IMG/VR virus record: IMGVR_UViG_3300048592_000600
Location: 1 to 60,115 of that record
DNA: 60,115 nt
Strand: one strand, 5' to 3'
DNA from: a virus
Taxonomy: Duplodnaviria > Caudoviricetes
The translations under genes and the position numbers were made by a program. Each line of letters starts with the position of its first letter. Position 1 is the first letter of the stretch. This document shows, in pieces, positions 45,025-54,098 of the stretch. Below the pieces are notes generated by a model, which was given only the letters and a program-made list of their open reading frames with translations, was not told the DNA's origin and ran no database searches.

Positions 45025-45944
45025 ACATCCTGATCACTGGCGGCGCCGGCTTCCTCGGCAGTCATCTCGCGAAGGCGTTGCTCGACGAAGGGCACGAAGT
45101 CTTTGTCGTGGACAATCTCTCGACAGGGCGCACGGCCAATGTCGATCAGCGCGCGGAGTTTCACGCCGGCGATATTCGCTGTCTCGACGACTGGGACACC
45201 CCGCTCGATCGCATCTATCACTTGGCCTGCCCAGCAAGCCCGCCGAAATACCAAGCTGATCCGATTGGCACACTCGAAACGTGCTTTATTGGCACACAAA
45301 ACGTGCTGAAAATCGCGGAATCCTGCGGTGCACGCGTGCTTTTCACGAGCACCAGCGAGGTCTATGGCGACCCCGAAATCACGCCACAACCCGAGAGTTA
45401 CACCGGTTCGGTGCACACGATCGGCCCGCGGGCGTGCTACGACGAAGGGAAGCGCGCGGCGGAAACGCTTTGCTCGGAATACGCCAATCGCCGCGGCGTC
45501 GATGTCCGCATCGCGCGGATCTTCAACACTTACGGCCCGGGCATGTCGCCGCACGACGGCCGCGTGATCACCGAATTCGTCAAGGCAGCAAAGCACGGCC
45601 GACCCATGCTGATCAATGGCGACGGCCGGCAAACGCGTTCGTTCTGCTATGTCAGCGATACGATCCGCGGGCTGATGATGCTCATGGAGAGTGACGTCAA
45701 AACGCCAGTGAACATCGGCAATCCCAATGAAATGAGCATCAACGACCTTGCCGCGCTGGTTGCAAGAATCATGGGGGCACCGCCGAGCACCGTGCATCTC
45801 ACGGGATTGACCCACGATCCCAAGCGGCGTTGCCCCGATGTGACGCTGGCCGTCGAAAAACTCAAGTGGGCCCCGCAAGTTTCGATCGGCAAGGGGCTGA
45901 CGCTGACGATCGATTCGGTTCTCAAGACTGCAGAGGCGGCATGA
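45021..45944 (+). CDS. UDP-glucuronate decarboxylase (UDP-xylose synthase), extended SDR family
   Basis: ILITGGAGFLGSH, IYHLACPASPPKYQ, TSTSEVYGDP, GPRACYDEGKR, RIFNTYGP, QTRSFCYVSD. Confidence 0.92.
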   Translation: MNILITGGAGFLGSHLAKALLDEGHEVFVVDNLSTGRTANVDQRAEFHAGDIRCLDDWDTPLDRIYHLACPASPPKYQADPIGTLETCFIGTQNVLKIAESCGARVLFTSTSEVYGDPEITPQPESYTGSVHTIGPRACYDEGKRAAETLCSEYANRRGVDVRIARIFNTYGPGMSPHDGRVITEFVKAAKHGRPMLINGDGRQTRSFCYVSDTIRGLMMLMESDVKTPVNIGNPNEMSINDLAALVARIMGAPPSTVHLTGLTHDPKRRCPDVTLAVEKLKWAPQVSIGKGLTLTIDSVLKTAEAA

Positions 45945-46189
45945 TCAGCGAACGGCGGCCCGCTGTTGAACCGCACGCAATGCGGCATGACTCGACGACC
46001 ACGGATTTGACACCGGCACTTATTCGCGTCGATGACGTTCGCGCTGGCGATGGTTCGATCTTAATGCGCGAAATCAGTGCCAGCCGCATGAACGGACTTG
46101 GCGAATGGGTCGAACAACGTGTGGCCGTCTATGGCAATAACCCTGAATTGACCCGCCGATTGGCGATGGCTCTGCAAAATCTCTACTAG
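45941..46189 (+). CDS. Hypothetical protein
   Basis: ATGA-coupled. Confidence 0.55.
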   Translation: MISERRPAVEPHAMRHDSTTTDLTPALIRVDDVRAGDGSILMREISASRMNGLGEWVEQRVAVYGNNPELTRRLAMALQNLY

Positions 46190-46195
46190 GCTCCC

Positions 46196-46879
46196 ATGGA
46201 ATTTGAACCACAATTCGCCGGCCCCAGCCAGGGCTTGCAACTCGACAACACCAATGCCATCAACGCCAAGCAGGCACGCTCCAAGAAAATGCGCGCCGAG
46301 ATTCTTGCGCTGGGCCCGGTGGTGAACAGCGGCATTTTCACAAAGTTGTCCAAGCGATTCGGCGTCACCTCGCACCGCGTCTCGGTCATTCATCGCGAAT
46401 TGTTTCCCGGCGTCGAGCGGCAAGTCTTGAACAAGCGCAGCGAACAGCCGGATTTGACCAAAGCCGACGTGGATCCTGAATTCCTTGACGAGCAAGGCGA
46501 GCGATTCCGCGCAGCATTGCCAAGACAGGTTCTTGAACGACTGGGCTGGCAGAGCCGGCGCGTGATGATGCTCATGCAAACCGGCCGATTCGACCTCGCG
46601 CGGCGGCAACTCGACGAGTGCGAGCGGCAACTGCAGAACGTCGAGAGCGAGCAAGATCTTGAGGATACGCTGATTGCGGACCTCGAGCACCGCAGTTCGA
46701 TCCGCTGGGGCAATGCCCTCGAGGAAATTGGCGTGTTTACGGTCAGGGATTTTCTCGAACGCCGCAAAGAGGAAATCATCAAACTGCCCAACTTCGGGCC
46801 CACGACGTACCAGCAAATTTCTGATGCGTGCTTCAAAGTCATGCAACGCCGCGGCGAATCATCAGTGGTGAAGTCGTAA
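46196..46879 (+). CDS. Protein with N-terminal HTH-like segment and C-terminal RNA polymerase alpha-CTD domain
   Basis: IADL...SIRWGNALEEIGVFTVRDFL....EEIIKLPNFGPTT matches the alpha-CTD pattern. Confidence 0.8.
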   Translation: MEFEPQFAGPSQGLQLDNTNAINAKQARSKKMRAEILALGPVVNSGIFTKLSKRFGVTSHRVSVIHRELFPGVERQVLNKRSEQPDLTKADVDPEFLDEQGERFRAALPRQVLERLGWQSRRVMMLMQTGRFDLARRQLDECERQLQNVESEQDLEDTLIADLEHRSSIRWGNALEEIGVFTVRDFLERRKEEIIKLPNFGPTTYQQISDACFKVMQRRGESSVVKS

Positions 46880-46884
46880 TTCAC

Positions 46885-47136
46885 ATGTTCACTTTCAATC
46901 CTGCCGCCGTGGAAATCCAGCAACTTGAAATGCTGCGCGGGGCAAAATTTGCCGTTCAAGAGGGTGACGCAACCGAAGGCCGCACGATTTACGTCTCGCC
47001 GGAAATGTACGATCAGATCAAGAACGCCGATGAAGCTCAGTTAGAGTATTTGCTCAAAAATATACCGATTCGACGAATTCCCGTATTGAAGCAGTTTTCT
47101 TTCCCATCCCCGTTTGAAGGAGTTTCGCATGGATAA
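46885..47136 (+). CDS. Hypothetical protein
   Basis: Tiles operon. Confidence 0.55.
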   Translation: MFTFNPAAVEIQQLEMLRGAKFAVQEGDATEGRTIYVSPEMYDQIKNADEAQLEYLLKNIPIRRIPVLKQFSFPSPFEGVSHG

Positions 47137-47452
47137 TTACGCTCGAGTCTTGCTGCCCGGCACAGCACCGCAACCCGTTTCACCACCAAAGCATCGCGAG
47201 CGAAAGCTGGAAGTTGCCGTGCATGAACTGCGGCAGATCAATGAGATTCTTTTCGGAGCAATGGAAAGGCTCGAAACAGCATGTGGTCGTATTTTCGGCA
47301 ACCTTCCACAGCCAGCTTTTGACGGCGATCAAAACGGCATGATTCACGGCGAACCAACGTGTCAACTGGACATGTTGCGGGCAACGATGCAGCAAACAAA
47401 GCATCGCGCATTACAGGTCCAGCACTTCGCCTCGGTCCTCGACGACCTGTAA
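47129..47452 (+). CDS. Hypothetical protein
   Basis: AAGGAG RBS. Confidence 0.6.
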   Translation: MDNYARVLLPGTAPQPVSPPKHRERKLEVAVHELRQINEILFGAMERLETACGRIFGNLPQPAFDGDQNGMIHGEPTCQLDMLRATMQQTKHRALQVQHFASVLDDL

Positions 47453-47535
47453 TCCCCCATTACATGTACGAGATTCCGTGAACTTTCTTGCAAACAATCT
47501 GTCTTTTTTTCAAAACAGCGAGTAAAACATTGCAT

Positions 47536-47594
47536 AAACCCCTGGTAATGCCGCAAAGGTCGGGAGCCCCGAGCGAGCTTTACCAGGGGTTTTT
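47536..47594 (+). other. Intergenic structured RNA or terminator-like hairpin
   Basis: 13-bp stem aaacccctggtaa/ttaccaggggttt enclosing a small hairpin. Confidence 0.5.
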
Positions 47595-47615
47595 CGCGCG
47601 CTGGGGGAAACAAGC

Positions 47616-47894
47616 ATGACAAAGCGATACCTTTTGTTCGCATTTGCCTACGAAGCGATGGGCGGATTCAACGACCTGCAAGGGGAGTTCGACACCCTTG
47701 AAGAAGCCAAGGCGGCGATTTACAAGATTGACCAGTTTTCGGGCCTGGATGACGGGCACATCGCAGACATGCAGCAACGGCGGATTGTTTGTTATTTCGG
47801 CCGGCGCAGCGATCCCTCGAGCGGAAAGTACACTGCCATGAAACCTTGGCACATTTCAGACGCCGACGACCAATTATCGGAGTGCAAAACATGA
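47616..47894 (+). CDS. Hypothetical protein
   Basis: RYLLFA....AMGG.ND..G.FDTLEEA phage-like motif. Confidence 0.6.
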   Translation: MTKRYLLFAFAYEAMGGFNDLQGEFDTLEEAKAAIYKIDQFSGLDDGHIADMQQRRIVCYFGRRSDPSSGKYTAMKPWHISDADDQLSECKT

Positions 47895-48112
47895 GCATGA
47901 AACAACACCACCTGCGGATGGCCAAGAAACGCTATCAAAACCGCATACGCGCCCGCCGCCGCAGCAGCTTTCCGCAAGACATCAGCAATTTGAAAACGGG
48001 CGAAATGCAACGCTGGCACGGCCCGGGCCCCTTACCCCCGGCAGGCTGGGCCTACTACGACTCGCTTTGCACACGATACCAATTGCTCAATGACATTGTG
48101 CGCAACCACTAG
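47891..48112 (+). CDS. Hypothetical protein
   Basis: ATGA-coupled. Confidence 0.45.
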   Translation: MSMKQHHLRMAKKRYQNRIRARRRSSFPQDISNLKTGEMQRWHGPGPLPPAGWAYYDSLCTRYQLLNDIVRNH

Positions 48113-48783
48113 CGGTAGTATCGCGACGCCGAACGCACCACAAGATATAGAACGCAAAGAATCTCATTGACGGCTGTGCCTCTTTACGGAAATTCTCAGG
48201 AAAAGCCCCCATTTCACCCCGTATTTCACGGCATTTCTGCTTATCCGCGGCACGCGCAAAGAATCTCAATCGTCTCTGAAAACCTGCATTTTCTCGGTGA
48301 TAATCGCATTAGGATCTGAAACTACCTGTAGGCTAAAGTAGCGTTTGTCGTCCACGGGATGCCGGCGACATTCAACAGCCCCAGTTGGCAGCGGCAACCC
48401 TTCGATCGTCGAGCAACGGGTCGGAATGAGGCTCCCACAAAGCACCGGGCCTCGACGATGACACCCGCGTGACCTCTGAAAAATCACGCATTTCCCCGGG
48501 AAAACAGCAAAAACCGCTGTATCCCGCATGGGGAGGGGTCTGTCTGTGATGAGTCCAAAACGCTTCGCCAACGGCGTGATCGTGACTTCGAACATCCTGG
48601 GGCGATTCTTTCGAACACGCTCTGCAAGGCCATGGCTGCACCGAGCATTTCCACCGAAAAACGCCGGCAAAACCGCACGATCTGCGAGATTTCCCGGGAT
48701 GCTTTTTTGGTGAAAAATTCCGCGAGGGGAAGGTAACTAATACTGCTGGCTCGCTGGGGACTCGACCCCCCGCCGACCTTTGC

Positions 48784-48812
48784 CGCAAGTCGTTACATAG
48801 CAACGGCTTGCG
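48784..48812. other. 11-7-11 inverted repeat resembling a tyrosine-recombinase core site
   Basis: CGCAAGTCGTT-acatagc-AACGGCTTGCG (one mismatch). Confidence 0.5.
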
Positions 48813-49117
48813 ACGCTCACTATGGGAAAATCGGTCGTGTGGCTCCGAAAATCCCCCTAGTTTTTATGCATCCGAGCATCGAATTCAGCGCATCCCCCTG
48901 CTCAATTCTGCCGGGAATTGTGGCGAATTGGCCAGGGCTTGCCGTGCTCGGTCTGCTGCCGATCAATTGCCGATCTGCTTTGCGGCATCGATGCGAAGCG
49001 CGGCCGCCGATCTGCTGGAATTCAGCCCGAGCACTTGCCGCGCTCCGAATAACTTTGTTGCGGTCCGAGATTGTCTCGGTCCGATCTGCTCCCCAGTTTT
49101 TTCCTTATGGTGTTCCG

Positions 49118-49357
49118 ATGCTAAATCCCTTGTTTGATTCTGGTGACGTTGAATTCCCTGCCCGCGCTCGGTCCGGCGCTGCTGCGGTCCGTGTTAACGG
49201 CAGTAATGCCGTGTTCCTTGCCGGTGAATATGGTCTGCCGATCTGCTGCCGTGGTGAGCACGTGTCGCAAGCCGAGCTATCTATCGACGATCTGCCGGAT
49301 TGCTACACTTACGCGCCATCGTGGGTAATCCGTGATTCTGGCATTTTCACCAGCTAG
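49118..49357 (+). CDS. Hypothetical protein
   Basis: Protein-like ORF inside the repeat zone. Confidence 0.45.
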   Translation: MLNPLFDSGDVEFPARARSGAAAVRVNGSNAVFLAGEYGLPICCRGEHVSQAELSIDDLPDCYTYAPSWVIRDSGIFTS

Positions 49358-49457
49358 CCGTGTTCGGTCTGGTGTTCCCGGGTTAAGTGGAATTTAGTTT
49401 GTTTTGCGGTCCAAAGTTTTTCCCGTTTTTTCATCCCGTTTTTTGGAGTGCTCCCCT

Positions 49458-49901
49458 ATGTCGAACAAGAATCATGCTCCCCTTGCTTCTGCTGCTGCTG
49501 CTGCTGCTAACGTCCAAACTGGCATCGATGCCGATAAAGCACGGCGAATCATGGATGCCATGGGAATCCGTTGTTTCGCAAGTTTGGCCGCTGCTGCTGC
49601 GAAGCTCGAACCCGCCGAATTGAAAACCATCGGTGAATTGTTGGCCGATGGCAAGCAAACAGCCAAGTCACAAGGCAAGCCGAAAACGCGCCCCGACTAC
49701 GCCAGCAAAAAACAATTGCTGGCATCGATGCAACCGATAACCGTGAAGATCGCCGGTGTTGAATCGCAGCTGCGGCCGCGCAGTTTCACAACCGGCAGTA
49801 TCGGCTACAACGATAACCGCAAGATCGAAATCGATGGCGTTACGTACCAAGTCACGGCCAACATCACAGCCGTGGGCAGCAAGGAATTGCCTGCCGAATA
49901 A
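49458..49901 (+). CDS. Hypothetical protein with conserved F.TGS.G...IT.VGSKELP domain
   Basis: GGAG RBS and its own terminator; C-terminal domain recalled from small Planctomycete proteins. Confidence 0.7.
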   Translation: MSNKNHAPLASAAAAAANVQTGIDADKARRIMDAMGIRCFASLAAAAAKLEPAELKTIGELLADGKQTAKSQGKPKTRPDYASKKQLLASMQPITVKIAGVESQLRPRSFTTGSIGYNDNRKIEIDGVTYQVTANITAVGSKELPAE

Positions 49902-49927
49902 GGGCAGACACAATCCGAGACGCGCTA

Positions 49928-49960
49928 ACTCGGTCCGAGCAATTCGGACCGAGTTTTTTT
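49928..49960 (+). terminator. Rho-independent terminator
   Basis: aactcggtccga/tcggaccgagtt stem plus U7. Confidence 0.88.
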
Positions 49961-50761
49961 GTGCGCCGATCTGCCGGCGCTTTGCGGTCCGCGCTGCCGT
50001 GCTCGGTCCGCGCTCTTCTCATTCCGCGCTGCCGATCTGCCGGCGCTGGCAATCCCGAGCACCAGCAAGCGCCGGCGCTGCGTCTCGGTCCGATCTGCTG
50101 CCGATCTGCGCCGGCGCTGCCGTGCTCATTCTGCCCGCGCTGCTGCGTCTCTGCGCGTCTCGGTCCGAGCACCGAGACAACGGCGCCATCGTTCGCGCTG
50201 CGTCTCTGCTGCGTCTCTGCCGTGCTCATGGCCGATCTGCTGCCGTGCTCGGTCTGCTGCTGGCGATCTGCTGCCGTGGCGCTGCCGTGCTCGGACCGAG
50301 CACCAGCAAGTTAAGCGCGGTCTGCCGTTGTTTGCCGTGGCGCTGCGCCATCGGTCGCGCTTATTCGGTCGCGCTGCTGCCGATGTTTTCCCGTGGATTC
50401 TCTGCCGTGCTCGGTCCGTTGTCTCAATTGCCAAACTGTCCAACAAGAAATTTGCTCGGTCCGATCTGCTGCCGTGGCCGATGGCCGGCGCCCCGCGCCC
50501 CGCCGATCTGCCGGGCATAGGTAATAGGTAATAGGCTAGCCGGCTGCCGCCAGCGCCCCATTGCAAGGCCGCGTCTCTTGACGTGCCGCCGATGGGTGCG
50601 TACGCGCTGACACCATGTTCCCGGCGTCGGCAAATTGGCCCTCGCGATGCTCACTTAATCCGCGCTCTGCTGTTCGCGGCTGCCGGGTTAAGCGGAGTTT
50701 TTTGTGATTTGCAAGCCGATTTTTTCGGCGTGGTTTCCCTCTGGTCCCAGGAGTACGGCAC

Positions 50762-51046
50762 ATGGTCACGGCTGTGAAGCGTAAGGCACGCATGTTGGTT
50801 GTTCGGCTCGCCTCTGATGAGTGGGGTCACGAACTGATGTGGAAGGTTGCTCGCGACACGATGGACGCGGACACGACGCTCGACGCTGTGCATGTGATCG
50901 AGCATGGCGGCTGGCATTTGATGTTTAACCGTGACGGGCTGGTTGTCGGTACGGCCAATGACAACTGCCGGTTGTCGGAGCGTGTTCTGCAATGGGGTGC
51001 TGGTTTCTCAGGCATCGAGTATGTCGGCTCGGTGTCCCGCGATTAA
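50762..51046 (+). CDS. Hypothetical protein
   Basis: AGGAG RBS; stop lies within the TTAAGCG element. Confidence 0.65.
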   Translation: MVTAVKRKARMLVVRLASDEWGHELMWKVARDTMDADTTLDAVHVIEHGGWHLMFNRDGLVVGTANDNCRLSERVLQWGAGFSGIEYVGSVSRD

Positions 51047-51102
51047 GCGGGAATCGCGTTGTTTTGAAACCTGATTTTTTTCTCTCTCACAACGGTGGTC
51101 CC

Positions 51103-51423
51103 ATGAGTGATTGGCAGCATAGTCGTGACTGTAATTGGTACATCGAGAACTGGTGCATCAAGGTAAACAAGCCGTGGCGAGCGTTTCTCGGCGAAGGCGC
51201 CCCCGAGACGGTGTGCGAGATGAACAGCAGTTTGTCCCCGCAGGAGACGTGCGACAACGCCCAGTTGATTATCGCTGCTCCCAAGTTCCTGCGGATCGTC
51301 AATGCGATTCTCGATGGCGCTGAGCGTATGGGTGCTGATCTGCGTTCGACGCTGGACCTGTCCGATGACGACTTCGAGACGCTGCAATCACTGGCAGCCA
51401 TGCGGACACCAGCAGCAAGTTAA
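51103..51423 (+). CDS. Hypothetical protein
   Basis: NAQLIIAAPK phage motif. Confidence 0.65.
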   Translation: MSDWQHSRDCNWYIENWCIKVNKPWRAFLGEGAPETVCEMNSSLSPQETCDNAQLIIAAPKFLRIVNAILDGAERMGADLRSTLDLSDDDFETLQSLAAMRTPAAS

Positions 51424-51496
51424 GTGGAATTCGCGTTCGATTGCTAAGCAAAGTTTTTCAAATCCCGTTGGTCCATCTCTTAACCGGAGAGTCGTC

Positions 51497-51811
51497 ATGA
51501 GCAAGCAAGCGTTGAAGCGTGTCCGCAAGCATCTCGGCCTCGAAGTCTGCCGCAAGCCGTTGCCCAAGTACACGTCGGTGGGTTGTTACCCGCTGCTGTA
51601 TGTGTTCCGCGATGGTGGCTGCATCTGCGCCGACTGTGTGAATGACAACATCGAACTGATCGACAACGCCAACCGCGAGAAGCCCGGCCGCTGGCATAAC
51701 TCGCACGGTGGCTGGGCCGTCGATGCCCACGACATCAATTGGGAAGATCCCGAGCTTCACTGTGACCACTGTGGCGAGCGCATCGAGTCGGCGTATGCGG
51801 AGCCGGATTAA
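51497..51811 (+). CDS. Hypothetical Zn-binding protein
   Basis: GCYPLLY...CADC...CDHCGERIESAY. Confidence 0.7.
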   Translation: MSKQALKRVRKHLGLEVCRKPLPKYTSVGCYPLLYVFRDGGCICADCVNDNIELIDNANREKPGRWHNSHGGWAVDAHDINWEDPELHCDHCGERIESAYAEPD

Positions 51812-51925
51812 GCGAAAAGCGCGGTTGTTTGAAAAGCAAAGTTTTGAATCGGTTTCCCCTCCGGTTCCGTGCTGCCACGGGATCGGGGCTGGTAATCGCT
51901 TCCCTCTCACAACATGGAGCACGAT

Positions 51926-52429
51926 ATGGGCTACAGCTACACACGAGACGGCAAACTGTGCTGCGACATTTGCGGCGACAGTGGTGGGGTTCGCAAACAG
52001 AAGTGCCCGCAGAACTGGTGTCAGCCATACGCTTGCTGCCAGTCGCCTGAGTGCCGAGCCAAATTGGCACAGCATCGCAAAGAAGTCTGCGCCGTCCAGT
52101 GCAAAGAGCACAGCGAACATGCAAGACAGCGCGATGCTCGCGAAGCAGCGATGCTCGAAAAGGGACACGCGATTCGCTGCTCGGCTTCGACGATGACGCC
52201 GGATTACAAGGACTGCGTGAAGGTCTGGTTCTCACGCAATCCCCGTGGTGGGCATGTGAAGTGCGCCAACGTCCCAGCGCACCGGATCTGCTGCGTTGCT
52301 TACATGGCCACCGAGACGTACCGAGCCATCCCGCTGCTGGAACCGGCATCGATCATCGACTACGCAAGGCATGGCGAAGTGTCTCCGTGGCCAAAGGAGT
52401 TCGCCGTTTCCCAACAGAGTGTGGCATAA
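51926..52429 (+). CDS. Cys-rich hypothetical protein
   Basis: CCDIC, RKQKCP.NWC..YACC. Confidence 0.65.
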   Translation: MGYSYTRDGKLCCDICGDSGGVRKQKCPQNWCQPYACCQSPECRAKLAQHRKEVCAVQCKEHSEHARQRDAREAAMLEKGHAIRCSASTMTPDYKDCVKVWFSRNPRGGHVKCANVPAHRICCVAYMATETYRAIPLLEPASIIDYARHGEVSPWPKEFAVSQQSVA

Positions 52430-52537
52430 GTTAAGCGGAATTTCAGTTGATTTTGAAAGCGAAAATTTCCAAATCGCCAGCGCCTCACATCGCTGGCCCC
52501 TTGGTGGTTTTCCTCATCCCTCTCAAGGAGTTGTTAC

Positions 52538-53542
52538 ATGGGACACGGTTTCACGAGTACCGATAGCGCGGTGTTTGCTGGCCAGCGTGCTTGGCACGGC
52601 CTGGGCAAAGTGGTGGTCGAAGCCCCGACGCCAATGGAAGCCCTCAAGATGGCGGGGCTTGATTGGGAAGTCGAACAGTGGCCGCTTTCGGCCGTCAACG
52701 AAGGCAAGGCCCGTCTGCCAGTGACGAGCCATGTCTGCAATATTCGCAGCGACAACATGACGCAACTGGGCGTGGTCGGCAACGGCTATCGTCCGATCCA
52801 GAACCGGGAACTGGCCGAGTTCGCCGAGGCTCTGGGTAGCGGGGGTGATAACGTGCTGGTCGAATCGGCGGCGTCGATCAACGAAGGCCGGCGTGTGTGG
52901 TTCCTGCTCCGCGGCAATTCGTTCATGGTCAAGGGCTTCGACGATGCGGTTCACCCGTATCTACTCCTGGCCAACGGGCACGACGGCGGGCTGGCGTTCC
53001 ACGTTCGACCAACGTCGATTCGGGTTGTCTGCAAGAACACGCTCTCGATGAGCATGGGCGAGAAGTTGGAAATGGCCGTGCGGTTCCGTCACGAAGGCGA
53101 TATGAAAGCCAAGCTCGACGAAGCCAAACGGGTGCTGGGCATGTTCGATCGCACGACCGAAGTGTTCCGCGAAAAGGTTCAATACCTGAGCGACAAGGAC
53201 GTGAGCCGCGAAACGCTGAATGAGTTCTTCATGCAAGCGTACTCCGAGGCTTACGAGCAGATCCCGGTCAATCCGACTACCGCCAAACAGCGGGAAGCCC
53301 GCGAGCAAGCGTTCTATACGATGTATCAGTGGAATCGCAAGTTCCAGATCGACAGCGAGAAGTTTGGCTCGTCGATGTGGACCGCACTCAATGCCGCGAC
53401 GGATTGGATGCAGCATGATGACAAGGTGCGCGGCAAAGACGCGGCGACCCGCGAGCAGAACCGTTTGAAGTCGCAAATCTTTGGCGCGATCGAAGAACGG
53501 ACCAACGCTGCGGCACGGGTGGCGATGGCCTTGGCTGGCTAG
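52538..53542 (+). CDS. DUF932/DUF945 family phage/plasmid protein
   Basis: WHGLG, AGLDWEV, LGVVG..YRPIQN, YLLLANGHDG, IRVVCKNTL, WTALNAATDW. Confidence 0.9.
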   Translation: MGHGFTSTDSAVFAGQRAWHGLGKVVVEAPTPMEALKMAGLDWEVEQWPLSAVNEGKARLPVTSHVCNIRSDNMTQLGVVGNGYRPIQNRELAEFAEALGSGGDNVLVESAASINEGRRVWFLLRGNSFMVKGFDDAVHPYLLLANGHDGGLAFHVRPTSIRVVCKNTLSMSMGEKLEMAVRFRHEGDMKAKLDEAKRVLGMFDRTTEVFREKVQYLSDKDVSRETLNEFFMQAYSEAYEQIPVNPTTAKQREAREQAFYTMYQWNRKFQIDSEKFGSSMWTALNAATDWMQHDDKVRGKDAATREQNRLKSQIFGAIEERTNAAARVAMALAG

Positions 53543-53609
53543 TGGCTCCATACAACCTGCCGTCAGTGTGAGACGGCAGGCTTATGGATTCTCTACCAAG
53601 GAGGTTTTG

Positions 53610-54098
53610 ATGGCTAAGACGCATCGGCGTGTGTGCGCTAAATGCTTGAAAAGAAAGTCGCTCGACGAGTTCAAGCCGCGGCCCAATGGGACCGTGAGCT
53701 ACTGCTACAAGTGCGAGATTGGTTACTACCGCGAATACAACGCCAAGCGTTACGCCTCGCCCGAGGCTCGTGCGGCAGAGTTGAAGCGGACGAAGGAACG
53801 CTACCATGCGGTCAGGAAACCATTACGCCACATGCGGAAATTGGAGCTTATCGCCTTGATGGGCGGCAAGTGCCAGCGATGCGGATATGCGAAGTCAGTG
53901 GCCGCGCTCGACTTCCATCACCGCAAGCCCGTGGACAAAAAAAGAACAATCAGCCACCTACTCCCCATAAACCAACCGTGGGCGTGGGAGGCATTGCTGA
54001 AAGAAGTCAAGAAGTGCGATTTGATTTGCTCGAACTGTCATCGTGAACTGACCTACCCAGGTTGGGAGATATTTCACCTGCCGAAGATCGACTTTTGA
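53610..54098 (+). CDS. HNH endonuclease with N-terminal Zn finger
   Basis: GGKCQRCGY..SVAALDFHH...EVKKCDLICSNCHR. Confidence 0.88.
   Translation: MAKTHRRVCAKCLKRKSLDEFKPRPNGTVSYCYKCEIGYYREYNAKRYASPEARAAELKRTKERYHAVRKPLRHMRKLELIALMGGKCQRCGYAKSVAALDFHHRKPVDKKRTISHLLPINQPWAWEALLKEVKKCDLICSNCHRELTYPGWEIFHLPKIDF

Larger units (their letters stand above)
48678..50511 (+). repeat. Polar array of short interspersed repeats (CGATCTGC, CTCGGTC, GCCGTG)
   Basis: 14 CGATCTGC copies counted, all on the + strand. Confidence 0.85.

Noticed and set aside
47536-47594. Second twister candidate (UAAUGCCGC...GGUCGGGAGCCC...GAGCU)
   Set aside because: P4 and P2 do not pair properly and the UAA is sequestered in the outer stem; kept only as a hairpin
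48153-48268. 14-bp direct repeat CGCAAAGAATCTCA (48153 and 48255)
   Set aside because: Only two copies and no supporting context to assign a function
48678-50511. CRISPR array
   Set aside because: Repeats are 7-10 bp with irregular spacing and no unique spacers; the Cas4-like gene is a solo phage exonuclease
50516-50534. ATAGGTA tandem repeat (about 2.7 copies)
   Set aside because: Too short to interpret
49756-50566. Long R/A/C-rich ORFs on both strands
   Set aside because: Artefacts of the stop-poor repeat field; no RBS or protein-like composition
50814-50836. Hammerhead-like CUGAUGA-GUG-gggu-CAC-GAAC
   Set aside because: GAAC instead of GAAA, no convincing stems I and III, and it lies inside a credible CDS
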